Shown piece by piece: positions 30,693-40,769 of a stretch of 64,000 nucleotides of DNA. The stretch spans positions 325,184 through 389,183 of the forward strand of contig JAUQPB010000002.1 of NCBI GenBank assembly GCA_030550585.1. The letters run 5' to 3'. The notes beneath the pieces were generated by a model. That model had not been told where the DNA came from. It saw only the letters and a program-made list of their open reading frames with translations, and searched no databases. The position numbers were made by a program, and so were the translations under genes. The first letter of the stretch is position 1; each line of letters opens with the position of its first letter. The stretch is from Thermoproteota archaeon. Lineage in GTDB: Archaea; Thermoproteota; Thermoprotei_A; Sulfolobales; Ignisphaeraceae.

Positions 30693-31076
30693 GTGAAACA
30701 GATTATCTATACAGAGAAAGCCCCCAAGCCTATAGGCCCATATTCACAAGCTGTGAGGGTTGGCCCATGGCTTTTCCTCTCCGGGCAGATACCAATCGAT
30801 CCTGCAACTGGCGAGCTTGTGGATGGGGATATAGAGCATCAGACTAGAAGGGTTTTGGAGAACATCAAGGCGATTCTTGAAGAGGCTGGGTATACACTAG
30901 AAGACGTTGTTAAGGTGACTGTATATCTTGTTGATTTAAAAGATTTTCAAAAATTCAATGAAGTGTACAGCCAGTACTTCAGAAAAGACCCTCCAGCGAG
31001 GACAACTGTACAGGTAGGGGCTTTGCCAAGAAACGCTAGAATAGAGATGGATGTGATAGCCTATAAGCCAAGCTAA
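30693..31076 (+). CDS. ridA: RidA/YjgF enamine-imine deaminase
   Basis: [27 protein letters not shown]; GTG 30693 follows GGTG (alternative ATG 30672). Confidence 0.95.
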   Translation: MKQIIYTEKAPKPIGPYSQAVRVGPWLFLSGQIPIDPATGELVDGDIEHQTRRVLENIKAILEEAGYTLEDVVKVTVYLVDLKDFQKFNEVYSQYFRKDPPARTTVQVGALPRNARIEMDVIAYKPS

Positions 31077-31154
31077 CTGTTGGGCGGTGGGGGACCTAGC
31101 CTCACAGCACCCCCAGCTAGTCTAGGGGCCTCGGCTAGGTACTCTGACCCGCCC
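31075..31154 (-). ncRNA. H/ACA box sRNA (pseudouridylation guide)
   Basis: Lower stem GGGCGG/CCGCCC, pocket GUCAGAGU/CCCCCA, upper stem ACCUAGCC/GGCUAGGU, K-turn-like GA/UGA, ACA at 31080-78 plus 3 nt. Confidence 0.85.
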
Positions 31155-31258
31155 TATATAGAAGACTGTTGTACAAAAGGCCTTAATCTGCTTTAGTGCT
31201 TTGCAGATCATTGTGGCTGCAACAGTGTAAAATGTATGCTTTTATACAGTGGAATCGA

Positions 31259-31744
31259 CTAGCCTACCGACCCTGTTCCTCCTGACCCCTGTGCTGGGAC
31301 AACATTCCTTGTACGCTCTATTACTATTAAGCCAAGTGCTAAAAGCGTGGCACCAACTATTATTAGCATAACCGCTTCTCCTCTTTCACGTATTAGATTC
31401 AGAGGCGATGCAATAAATGATATGTTGGATAGGCCGGGTATCACAAGCAGTATACCCACAGAGATTAGCACAACGCCTAGGACTATTAGAACTAGCCTAG
31501 CTGTCTCAGTGTCGTGGCCTAGGCCTAGGGTGGGTGTCTCACACTCCCCCTTTTCATTTCTCTGAGGTATTAGCAGACATGCTATGAGGTAGCCAAGTAT
31601 TAGAATTGGTGCTATGAGGAAGGCGAATACGAATATCAGTCTAACGAGGTTTGGATCAACATTAAAGTACTCTGCAAGACCACTACAAACACCACATATC
31701 ATGCTATTGTTTTTGGATCTGCAAAATCTTTTACTGCTACTCAT
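31259..31744 (-). CDS. PspC-domain membrane protein
   Basis: RS..NSMICGVCSGLAEYFNVDP.LVRLIFV followed by two further TM helices. Confidence 0.88.
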   Translation of the reverse strand: MSSSKRFCRSKNNSMICGVCSGLAEYFNVDPNLVRLIFVFAFLIAPILILGYLIACLLIPQRNEKGECETPTLGLGHDTETARLVLIVLGVVLISVGILLVIPGLSNISFIASPLNLIRERGEAVMLIIVGATLLALGLIVIERTRNVVPAQGSGGTGSVG

Positions 31745-31797
31745 CTTACCTCCCTACATCGTGTCTATGATGCGGCATAAAAATGTTTTTGTATATC

Positions 31798-32751
31798 TTA
31801 TGTGGAGTATATTATGTGCGCCTCTTGAGCCGTTTTCGCAACTATTGCAACAGCTTCAACACATTTAGAATATGCCTCTGCCATTGAGTTGGCAACCTCC
31901 CTCGCATGGCTCTCACCTCTCGCCAACGCTATCATACTTGGGCCTGCACCGCTTATGGCAACGCCCAGCCCACCAGCCTTTTTCGCAGCCGCTCTAACCT
32001 CGCTGTAGCACGGTATTAGCCTTGCTCTTGCAGGCTCCACCACATCGTCTAGCTCCATCATCTTTCCAAATGTCTCTAAATCTCCCTGCATAGCAGATGC
32101 TATCATGACTGCTAGTCTACTCCAGTTAGCTACAGCCTTCCTCAAGTCAATGGCTTTTGGAAGAACCTCTCTCATAGTCTTTGTCTTCCCCTCCCCAAAA
32201 ATGTTTTTAGTGGGCATAGCTATGGCGAACCAAGCGTCGAAGTCTATTCTCTTCACAGCAAGACCTTTATCAAGAATAGCAAGTGTTACAAGCTTCCCAA
32301 GAACACTAGCAGCAACATTGTCGAAATGCGGTGTGCCAGCAGCATAGCCCTCTGCAAGACCAGCCATATAAACAAGGTCGCTTGGGCTTAGACCAAGCGA
32401 AAAGAGATTTGATAAAGCAACAACAGTTGCTGCAGCAGATGCACCGCTACTCCCAAGGCCAACACCTATTGGAACCCCCTTGAAAAGTCTGATAACAACA
32501 TCAACATCGTTTGCAAACCTATATCCAAAATGACTCTTCAAAACCTCGAAGGCGCCAACAACAGTGGTTGGATTCTTGACATGCTCTGCATATGGGCCTC
32601 TAACCTCTTCAACAACTATCTTTCCAGACCCCCCACTCTCAATTCTGGCCTCAACCTCATCATAAAAAGCATTGAGCGCAACAGCCAAGGCATCGAAACC
32701 CGGCCCAAGATTGGCAGAACTGCAGTAGGCCCTAACCCTAACACTCCTCGT
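31798..32751 (-). CDS. thrB: Homoserine kinase
   Basis: SSANLGPGFD lies in frame upstream of the ORF-track start; PIGVGLGSSGASA, HFDNVA, EPAR, ISGAGPS. Only candidate start in frame is ACG 32751. Confidence 0.88.
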   Translation of the reverse strand, partial: TRSVRVRAYCSSANLGPGFDALAVALNAFYDEVEARIESGGSGKIVVEEVRGPYAEHVKNPTTVVGAFEVLKSHFGYRFANDVDVVIRLFKGVPIGVGLGSSGASAAATVVALSNLFSLGLSPSDLVYMAGLAEGYAAGTPHFDNVAASVLGKLVTLAILDKGLAVKRIDFDAWFAIAMPTKNIFGEGKTKTMREVLPKAIDLRKAVANWSRLAVMIASAMQGDLETFGKMMELDDVVEPARARLIPCYSEVRAAAKKAGGLGVAISGAGPSMIALARGESHAREVANSMAEAYSKCVEAVAIVAKTAQEAHIIYST

Positions 32752-32920
32752 AGTACATCACCAATGTTTATTAATGCTTGATAGACTTGTGTAAGTTGTT
32801 GAAGATAGAAGAATAAAAACTTTAAATCTATCAAATACTACATACCTATACCATTAACAGCTTATGCATTTCTCCACATGGCTGGAACAAAGCTTTTATT
32901 TTAATTCATGTAGATAGATA

Positions 32921-33232
32921 TTGACTGGGATGAGAATGAACCTGTCTCTCTGCCTATCATCGACCGTAAGTAAAAGTGGTGTTGTAGTAGCCTATGAGAT
33001 TTACACATCTGATGAGGCATGCAAAAACATTAGGGATATGGTTGAAAAGCTTCCACCTGAGCAGCTAATCAGCATAGCCAAAGAACATGGGGGGTGTACT
33101 ACCCAGTCTGAAAACCCGCTTGTGATAGTAACCAAGGATGGGAGGGTCAAGGTTGTTCTCAGGCCGGGCAACATGATGGCCACAGCCTTCTGGAGGATGA
33201 TAGTCTCTATACTAAAGCAACAATGTGGATAA
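32921..33232 (+). CDS. Small hypothetical protein (start uncertain)
   Basis: Protein-like AYEIYTSDEAC...HGGC core; no family recognised. Confidence 0.55.
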   Translation: MTGMRMNLSLCLSSTVSKSGVVVAYEIYTSDEACKNIRDMVEKLPPEQLISIAKEHGGCTTQSENPLVIVTKDGRVKVVLRPGNMMATAFWRMIVSILKQQCG

Positions 33233-33420
33233 GATGTAAATGGCGCTTGTCATTAAATTATCTATTTTATCTATAGATATTTTGGAGAATAGCCTTGTTG
33301 TGTACATGTAAGGCGCTAGAGCGGGGAGGGGATGGCCATAGCTACTGAAGAGGTTATGTAGAATCCTCACACTGTTGAAGTGGTGGGGCAGAAGCTATAG
33401 TATCTATGGTTGTTTCCGAC

Positions 33421-34779
33421 CTATTTGACTAGCCTGGCTAGCTCATCTCTACAGCTTCTCAATTCCATCTCTGTAGCTATGAACGGGTCTTTTTCTCTTC
33501 TCCAAATGAAAACTCTCTTTGAAATGCCGTTAACGAGGCTGTATCTGAACCTTATTATGACATCCGATAGCCTCATAAATGTTGTTCTAATATCACTATT
33601 GATGTCAGCTGATGTTATTATCGTTAGTATGTGCTTGCTCTTTAGGTAGTTGAGGAGGTTGTACATCACCTGGAAACATTTGGATCCTAGCGATATTGCT
33701 AGAATGTCTAGTGCGTGGAGTACAACCATATCTGGTTTGGTATGTTCTACAAGCTCTATTAGCTGTGCTAGAAGCTCAGATGACGAGAGGGAGTATGGGT
33801 TAAAGCTTTTAAGAACCATGTTCTCATCTATAAACCTCTTTGCATGTTCAGCTTCTATACCAAACAATGTTATGCTATTTATTATGGTGTCGCGGATCGT
33901 TTTAGGCGATGCTCTAAAGCTTACTAGAAGTGCTTTAGCGTTGTTAGCCAGCATGTAGCCGTGTATTAGTAGAAATAGATCTGGGGGTCTGGCATGGAGT
34001 GGATAGAGGAAGAGGATTATATGGCCTCTTCGAACAACGCCAATGGTTGAGTCGAGCAGTCTGCACGGATTCTTAACAGCTTCCCCCTCTGCCGGCAGCT
34101 CCTCTAAAACAATTGGCGCATATATCTTCAGCCCGGCACCAGGTATTATAGCAAATGGCAGCTCTGCTAGCGTTAGTGGCGAGCCACGCATTTTTCTAAA
34201 CTCCATAATTCTAACTAGCTTCCCATCCTCTATCCTATGCTTGAGAATAACAACAGCGTCAGCTACGAACTCTAGCGATCCAAGCCCAAGCTGCTCAACA
34301 CCGAAGGGCAGCTCGGCCACTAGAACAACCAGACCATTGATCTGCCTAGCCAGCTCATAGAAATAGTTTTGTAGCCAAGCCCTTTTAGACTCATCTGAAA
34401 CAGAGAGTAGCATGGCGTTGATGGGATCGATAACTACTATTGTTGGGCTAAAGCCGATAACAAGATTGTTTATGTGCTCAACAACTTTTTCAGCATCTAA
34501 AACAATCGGAAACCTTGTAAATGTGAACAGCCTCTTCTCCTCAGCTAATCGAAGATCTATTCCAACCCCAGCCATATTCCTAAAAAACTTATCCTTATCC
34601 TCCTGAAAAGATACATACAAGCATCTGTACCCCCTCAAAGCATTCGCGTAACAAATGGTCGATGCAAGAGTCGTTTTCCCAGCCCCAGGATGGCCAGCAA
34701 CAACAACAGTTGCTGGAGGCTCCAAGGCACTTCTAAAATATTTGTCGAGCACATCAATGCCAAATACTATGCTACCCAA
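33421..34779 (-). CDS. KaiC/RAD55-like two-domain ATPase
   Basis: FGIDVLD, GHPGAGKTT, SFQE, VVIDP, EFVADAV, KMRG; second domain has a degenerate Walker A. Confidence 0.85.
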   Translation of the reverse strand: MGSIVFGIDVLDKYFRSALEPPATVVVAGHPGAGKTTLASTICYANALRGYRCLYVSFQEDKDKFFRNMAGVGIDLRLAEEKRLFTFTRFPIVLDAEKVVEHINNLVIGFSPTIVVIDPINAMLLSVSDESKRAWLQNYFYELARQINGLVVLVAELPFGVEQLGLGSLEFVADAVVILKHRIEDGKLVRIMEFRKMRGSPLTLAELPFAIIPGAGLKIYAPIVLEELPAEGEAVKNPCRLLDSTIGVVRRGHIILFLYPLHARPPDLFLLIHGYMLANNAKALLVSFRASPKTIRDTIINSITLFGIEAEHAKRFIDENMVLKSFNPYSLSSSELLAQLIELVEHTKPDMVVLHALDILAISLGSKCFQVMYNLLNYLKSKHILTIITSADINSDIRTTFMRLSDVIIRFRYSLVNGISKRVFIWRREKDPFIATEMELRSCRDELARLVK

Positions 34780-35151
34780 AAAGCATCACCACGCAACACT
34801 ATGCCAGGTTATAGAAAAGCCAATATATGTTTTTTGTGTTCTATATTATATATAGCCCAATTATTGTTTGAATTAATAGATTTGCAGATCTGTGGTCATA
34901 AATAATAGCATTGAGCGCAATTGCCTTTGGATATGCCTTTGAAGTAGAGAAACAATATACTTTGTGTAGAGAAATGTTGCTTGTGCTCAGAAACCATTTG
35001 GCAATAGACTCTATGTAATGTCTAAACCAAGGCTCTTCAAACTATAGCCACATAGTCTTACAGTCTTGCCAACAAGTTTATTAGGTCGCCATCTTAAAGT
35101 TCTGCTAGCAGATGTTTCTTATTATAGCACCAGCATCTGCCATACTCGATT

Positions 35152-35526
35152 TTACTGACCCAGTATTGGTATTCCATTGCTCAGTGCTTCTACCACAGCT
35201 GGATTTCTTTTCTCTTTTAGCTTCTCAAATTCTTCTCTAGTAATTATCAGCGGTTCTATTGGAGCACCTACAGTAGCTATACATGGTACTACAAGATCTA
35301 TTCTCTCTGTCGGTTTCTTAGGCAACTCTTCCCCAACCACAACTAGGATGTCTATATCGCTCCATTCGTTAAAATCCCCTCTTGCATATGATCCGAATAG
35401 GATGACCAAGTCAATGTTGTGAAATACTCTCTTAATGCATTCAGCAAATTCTCTTGCTTTCCTCAAAGCCTGGTCGGCTCTTCCTATTCTCTCCTCAATA
35501 ACCTTCTCCAAACATCCCTCACCCAC
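35152..35526 (-). CDS. Minimal nucleotidyltransferase (MNT antitoxin)
   Basis: LFGSYARGD..SDIDILVV. Confidence 0.9.
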   Translation of the reverse strand: MGEGCLEKVIEERIGRADQALRKAREFAECIKRVFHNIDLVILFGSYARGDFNEWSDIDILVVVGEELPKKPTERIDLVVPCIATVGAPIEPLIITREEFEKLKEKRNPAVVEALSNGIPILGQ

Positions 35527-35906
35527 TCAATAACACTTTCAGCAAGTCTTATCGCTTCCTCAGCCTCATTATCAGTATAATACTCTTCTGGCACCCCCTC
35601 ACTCCAAGCATCAGGATATCTTGTAGGTATATAGAATTTGCTTAATCTAGCCAGCGCCTCGTAGACGTTTAAGGGGATCTCTATATCCATATTCTTTAAA
35701 GCGTTTCCAAGCTCTATTAGCGAATGCCCAGTCTTAGGATTGCCAAGACCCCACAAAAGAGCTTTAAGGGCTTTCTCAGCTGCTTGGTGGGCTTTGAAAC
35801 AAGACCAGTTATAATCTCCATTAGCTTTATCCCTCTTAGCAGATTCGAGGGTAAGCACAGCACTTCTCATCCATCTATTGAATTCGTTTTCATCAACAAT
35901 ATTCAA
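35484..35906 (-). CDS. HEPN domain protein (partner of MNT)
   Basis: CFKAHQAAEKALKA, GHSL, YIPTRYPD. Confidence 0.9.
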   Translation of the reverse strand: MNIVDENEFNRWMRSAVLTLESAKRDKANGDYNWSCFKAHQAAEKALKALLWGLGNPKTGHSLIELGNALKNMDIEIPLNVYEALARLSKFYIPTRYPDAWSEGVPEEYYTDNEAEEAIRLAESVIEWVRDVWRRLLRRE

Positions 35907-36176
35907 AGCACCCCACAATCGCCTCAGTAAATATATGTTGTTGAACAGGATAAAAGTTTTCACCTTATATATAGCATATTCCGCATCTGTGAAGTTGGCT
36001 ACTACAGCAATTGCAACTGAAAGCCTTGTCTTTCAGGGCGAGAAGAAGGTCAGGTGTAGAATAGCTGGGGAGGGACTATAGCCTAGGGCATTTCTTAGTG
36101 CTAAACCCATACATACTAATTGATTCGTTGGTTGTGCTCTAACTATGGATCCATACCGAATTTTTATGGCGTGCAA

Positions 36177-36704
36177 CTATATTGATGTTGCTATAGCTCC
36201 ATCAATTTTTTTAAGCATTTCTTCATGCCATTTCTCGTAGAGAGCAATTTTCTTGAATAGCAGCTCAATCGAAGAGAGGGTGCTGGGATCAGCACAATTA
36301 CGCAGTTCCTCTTTTAGACTTAGGAGAGGTAGCAAGAGTTTATGGTATGTTTCTTCGCCCACGGCATTCTCAAGCCATATCTGCTTCTCTATAAACTTCT
36401 TCAAATCTATGTGTCTGCCACTAGAAACCTCTTCAAAGAATTCTTGGAGAACTAACCACGGCATGCCAATGACTTGGGAACAGTCATCGACTTCTTCGTA
36501 GAGGTTGTAGAGCCTTGCTATCATGTCTATAAGCTCTGCATGCTTGCTACTTTCAATAGCTATGGCAGCTAGTATAGCCCTAGCCTCACGCTCCTTAGGA
36601 GAGTCTTTAAGTTTTTCGGCATAGGTCAGTAGAAGTTTTGCTACTAGGTGCTCCAGCCTATAGCTACAATAGAGCTTTCTTTTCACAATCTGGCATGGAT
36701 CCAT
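36177..36704 (-). CDS. Ferritin/rubrerythrin-like di-iron protein
   Basis: LE, ES.KH, LE and E.WH ligand pattern. Confidence 0.65.
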   Translation of the reverse strand: MDPCQIVKRKLYCSYRLEHLVAKLLLTYAEKLKDSPKEREARAILAAIAIESSKHAELIDMIARLYNLYEEVDDCSQVIGMPWLVLQEFFEEVSSGRHIDLKKFIEKQIWLENAVGEETYHKLLLPLLSLKEELRNCADPSTLSSIELLFKKIALYEKWHEEMLKKIDGAIATSI

Positions 36705-37033
36705 GGTGTCTCATCCTGTTATTTGCATGTAGCAATAGATTTTAATACATTTTCTCGAAACCTGTCTACATAACCTATACTTGCAACACTTTTTAGCTTT
36801 TTCAGAAGCCTTAAGCCCCAATTTTCTAACCTGTTGAGGGGTAGAGCATTTACAAGTCCTCGTTTTATCTATCTACTTGGCCTTGTTTTTATTTGCAAGA
36901 GCTATGCGAGGAGGTTGATGATTAATTTTTGTCAGCTCCTCTTTTCCGAGCTTTAGCATAGAGTTGGTGAACCCAAAATATACTGGCAATACCCATTGTT
37001 CTAAGCGCTATAGTTGTATTGATGGATATACGT

Positions 37034-37705
37034 CTAAGCAGATGGTTTTTGCTTCACCAGGTTCTGGATGATGTTTACCACGTCATCTATGTTTTTGGCT
37101 ATGAATCTTGGGCTTGCTTTTGTTTCTAGGCACCTTCTCCAGCATATCAATATGGATACAGCCCCTATTCTATTGGCTGGTGCTATATCGTATTCTGTGT
37201 CCCCAACTATAACAGCATTTGTTGGCTCAACGCCTATTCTCTCCAATGCTTTGAGGAACATCTCTGGATCTGGCTTTCTCTTCGAAACCTCGTCGCTTCC
37301 AACATAGGCATCTATATACCTAGCTATATTGTTTGCTTTGATAACACTCTCTATCACTTTTCTTGGGACAGACGATGCTATGGCTATTCTCAGACCCATT
37401 TTCTTCAGGTTCTCGAGAGCCTTGTCAACACCTGGAAAGATTTTGACCTCACCGATCTTTGATAGGTATATTCTCTGCTTAACCTCGGCAAGTCTCTGGG
37501 CCATTTGCATGTCCTTGGTTATGTTGTATGCTATGTCGATTGGAGCCAAGCCAACAAGACCTCTAACAAACTCTACAAATTTCTCCTCATCCTCAGCGCC
37601 CTTGACTATGCCAAGAGCCTTGCAAGCCTCTTTCCACGCATAAACATGCACCTCAACACTGTCGACAAGAGTCCCATCGAGATCGAAAACAACCCCCATA
37701 ATCAT
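37034..37705 (-). CDS. HAD-superfamily phosphatase
   Basis: FDLDGTLVDS, ASS, KPDP, VGDT.YD. Confidence 0.9.
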   Translation of the reverse strand: MIMGVVFDLDGTLVDSVEVHVYAWKEACKALGIVKGAEDEEKFVEFVRGLVGLAPIDIAYNITKDMQMAQRLAEVKQRIYLSKIGEVKIFPGVDKALENLKKMGLRIAIASSVPRKVIESVIKANNIARYIDAYVGSDEVSKRKPDPEMFLKALERIGVEPTNAVIVGDTEYDIAPANRIGAVSILICWRRCLETKASPRFIAKNIDDVVNIIQNLVKQKPSA

Positions 37706-37830
37706 CTCGATCACCAAACTCTTGGCTTCAGTATCTGTGTGCTGTGAATGGACAAGAGTTAAAAGCATATCTATGGAGACAAAATAGCGTTTCCTAACAT
37801 TGTTTTGCTGAAAAAGCAGGTATAGTTTTA

Positions 37831-39333
37831 TCAGCTTGACAAATTGATTTTCCTGAACCTCCAGAACCCCAAGCTAAACAATCCTATGTTCCACAGCAGT
37901 GGAACCGCTATTGCAAGTACAGAGTTGAGAGCGGATATCTCATTTACAGCTCCGTAGGATAGGAGTATATAGTACCTAGCTATATTGACGAATTGTAGAG
38001 GATTCAAATATGATAGTTTGTATGACAGTTCTTGGTAGCTTGTGCTCATAATACTTATCCCAAGCATGAATGCTATAGCTATGGTGGCTAAACTCCATAG
38101 CATTGCGAATAAAATGTATAAAGTGATTGATATGGCTAGGTAGAGACCAGATCTAGTTGTGGAGGCAATGGCGTAGCATAATGTGTGGAAGGTTAGTAGC
38201 GACGCCAATATGCCTAGGTATAGTAGCATATAGCCCCAGGGATCCAGCCCAATTCTAAGAACAAGGGGCTGGAATATGGCAAGAACTATCGAGAGTATAA
38301 CGGAGGAAATAACTATAATGATCGCCCCGGCTAGATACCTAGAGAGGTATAGATCAAATCTCGTCATAGGTCTAGCCAGCACAAACTCGAGTGCTCCAGT
38401 GCTCCTAGGCTTTGCGACTAGGGTATACGAGATGTATATAACGGCTATTGGGAAGAATTCGAGGAATAGATTCAAACCTATTGAACCTATTGCTAACTCT
38501 ATATATGATCTCTCCACATTTACTTTATAGCTATAGTCAAAGCCAGCTACATTTAAGTTATGGTCGACTTCTGAATAGAACTGGATAGCGTCTTTATTCG
38601 GGTCAAGAGACAAATCAAATTTCTCTATAGGGTGCCTTATCTCTATAGATCCTTGAGATTGGTTAATCTGAGTGGAAGAGAAAAATATTGAGGAGAATGT
38701 ATAGTTTAGCACTATGGGCTTTGTCAATTCTACGCTCATTGATGAGGTGTTTACCGTAAACGTATATAGCCTTGCTTTCCACGATTTCAGATCATTTATA
38801 AACATTTTGAAAACATGTAGTGTAGAACCTATGTAGATATTGCCGTCACTCTTCCCACATACGAAAATAGATGATGCAATGTGGGTGAAGTTGTATATGC
38901 CAGCAGATCTAGGAGCAATAAGCAATAATGAAAAAGCAGAAATAGTGGTACAAGAGATGTTGAGTTTCACCAGATTGGTTGATATCTCAATCATATCTAT
39001 GTTGTGCCTACAGATGCTCGGGTCTTCAACGATAAATGTAGAGGTGCTCTTGAAGCTGTATATTCTAGAGCTGTTAGTTATGAGTGTTAAACTGCTTTCA
39101 ACAGGGTCTCCTCTTCTATCGAATATACCGCCCATCAGAACACATCTGGTATTATTACCTTCACTTGTTTTGATATATACTGCAACTCCTTCTACATTTG
39201 GATAGTAGCCTGCTAGAAAGATGTATGCATAGTATGTTGTTGCGACGCCAAGTGCTGCAAAGAGTACTAGCATGAGCAGGACTAGTGGTCTGAGGAGAGA
39301 TCTCTTGACATCGTATATGATGGCACTTCTCAT
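37831..39333 (-). CDS. ABC-2 type transporter permease with large extracellular domain
   Basis: N-terminal TM, ~240-aa loop rich in N-x-S/T, GALEFVLARP.TR, C-terminal TM helices. Confidence 0.85.
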   Translation of the reverse strand: MRSAIIYDVKRSLLRPLVLLMLVLFAALGVATTYYAYIFLAGYYPNVEGVAVYIKTSEGNNTRCVLMGGIFDRRGDPVESSLTLITNSSRIYSFKSTSTFIVEDPSICRHNIDMIEISTNLVKLNISCTTISAFSLLLIAPRSAGIYNFTHIASSIFVCGKSDGNIYIGSTLHVFKMFINDLKSWKARLYTFTVNTSSMSVELTKPIVLNYTFSSIFFSSTQINQSQGSIEIRHPIEKFDLSLDPNKDAIQFYSEVDHNLNVAGFDYSYKVNVERSYIELAIGSIGLNLFLEFFPIAVIYISYTLVAKPRSTGALEFVLARPMTRFDLYLSRYLAGAIIIVISSVILSIVLAIFQPLVLRIGLDPWGYMLLYLGILASLLTFHTLCYAIASTTRSGLYLAISITLYILFAMLWSLATIAIAFMLGISIMSTSYQELSYKLSYLNPLQFVNIARYYILLSYGAVNEISALNSVLAIAVPLLWNIGLFSLGFWRFRKINLSS

Positions 39334-40235
39334 TTCGATTCACCTATCACCTTAAAGAATATCTCCTCTAGGCTCGCCTCCTCCTTTTTGGTCTCCTCAA
39401 CTTTGTAGCCACTTCTAACAAGCACTTCTACAATGTCTGCTGGCTCTGTCTTGGGGTTGTATATGTATATAGCGTCTTTCTCAACTCTTACATTCTCGCT
39501 GTAGCCTCTGGCTATGTCTACTGCTCTACTGTCGAGGTTTCTCAGCTTGATTACTAGAACGGGTTTCGCACTAGCCTTTATCTCATCCATCGTCATAATT
39601 TTCACCACCTTCCCCCTGTTTATGAAGACAACTCTGTCTGCTAAGTCCTCTACCTCTTTAAGGATGTGCGACGAGAATAGAACAGCCCTATTCTCTTTCT
39701 TAAACTTTTTAACCAAGTCTCTGAAGAACGCCACACCAAGGGGGTCAAGCCCATTGAGAACCTCATCAAATATAAAGTTATCTGGGTTGTTGATCATGGA
39801 CACAGCTAGTGCAAACCTCTTCTTCATACCAAGGGAGAAGTTCTTGAGCTTTTTATTCAAAGAGTCTCCGAGACCCACCTCCTCAAGCAGCTTTCTGCCA
39901 AGCGACCTGGCCTCAGATGTTCCCATCCCATAGTAGCCAGCAAGATAGACAAAATAGTTCAATGCACTCTCATCAGGTTCGAATATAGGTATCTCCGGAA
40001 CCCAGCCAACATACCTAGAAGCATTTCTCTTGTCCCTAGTAACAGAATAGTCGTCGATAAGAACATCTCCGCTATCAGGTGGCAGAACCCCAACACAAAT
40101 CCTTATAGTAGTTGTTTTACCAGCCCCATTGGGGCCAACAAACCCAACAACCTCGCCATTCCTAACATCAAAAGAAACATTGTCTAACGCTTTGAATCGT
40201 CCAAAAGACTTAGAGATTTTATCAATACTAATCAT
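39330..40235 (-). CDS. ABC transporter ATP-binding protein
   Basis: GPNGAGKTT, FSLGMKKR, IFDE, SSH. Confidence 0.93.
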   Translation of the reverse strand: MISIDKISKSFGRFKALDNVSFDVRNGEVVGFVGPNGAGKTTTIRICVGVLPPDSGDVLIDDYSVTRDKRNASRYVGWVPEIPIFEPDESALNYFVYLAGYYGMGTSEARSLGRKLLEEVGLGDSLNKKLKNFSLGMKKRFALAVSMINNPDNFIFDEVLNGLDPLGVAFFRDLVKKFKKENRAVLFSSHILKEVEDLADRVVFINRGKVVKIMTMDEIKASAKPVLVIKLRNLDSRAVDIARGYSENVRVEKDAIYIYNPKTEPADIVEVLVRSGYKVEETKKEEASLEEIFFKVIGESK

Positions 40236-40668
40236 GTAAACACCAATGCAATTCTACCTACAATTACCTAGCCAAAGGCAGGCTTTATATACTTAACCCT
40301 GTATCAATCAAAACAAAAATACAGATATATAGATCAAAAGATGCCAACCAATTTGACTCTGAGAATACGGCCCCCATATGACAGAGAGCAGTGTCTAATA
40401 AAATAGGTGTGAGTATTTTGAGATTGAGATTAGAGTAAGTGACATAATAGGCAGTATAGTTCGAGAGTATGATGACAATACTATGCAGAGGCTGTAGCGG
40501 ATATTAGGTATAATATATTATTATTATAATAGTATTTAGAGTGTCTTGCACAAGGTTGTGGATAGTGACCACGTTGAATGTAAATTGTGTTGCCTGGTTT
40601 ACAATTTGTGTGATAAAATGGGTTAATTATCTAAAAAAATGTGTTTTGTTTTCAGCATATTGTTAATG

Positions 40669-40734
40669 TTACTTGCTCTTTTTCTCTTCCTGTTTCTGCT
40701 CTTGCTTGCTCTCCTTCTTCTTCTTGCATGCCAT
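40669..40734 (-). CDS. Putative 21-aa highly charged microprotein MACKKKKESKQEQKQEEKKSK
   Basis: GTGAG 5 nt before ATG, TATA-like ATTAAATA ~35 nt upstream, T-run downstream, purine-rich coding-like composition. Confidence 0.45.
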   Translation of the reverse strand: MACKKKKESKQEQKQEEKKSK

Positions 40735-40769
40735 TGCGTCTCACTGTGTAATGACTTTAGCTGGCAACA

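Noticed and set aside
40669-40740. Ribosomal protein L41e or a protamine-like peptide in the Arg-rich frame (WHARRRRRASKSRNRKRKR)
   Set aside because: No start codon is apparent in that frame; the SD-supported frame gives the Lys/Glu peptide
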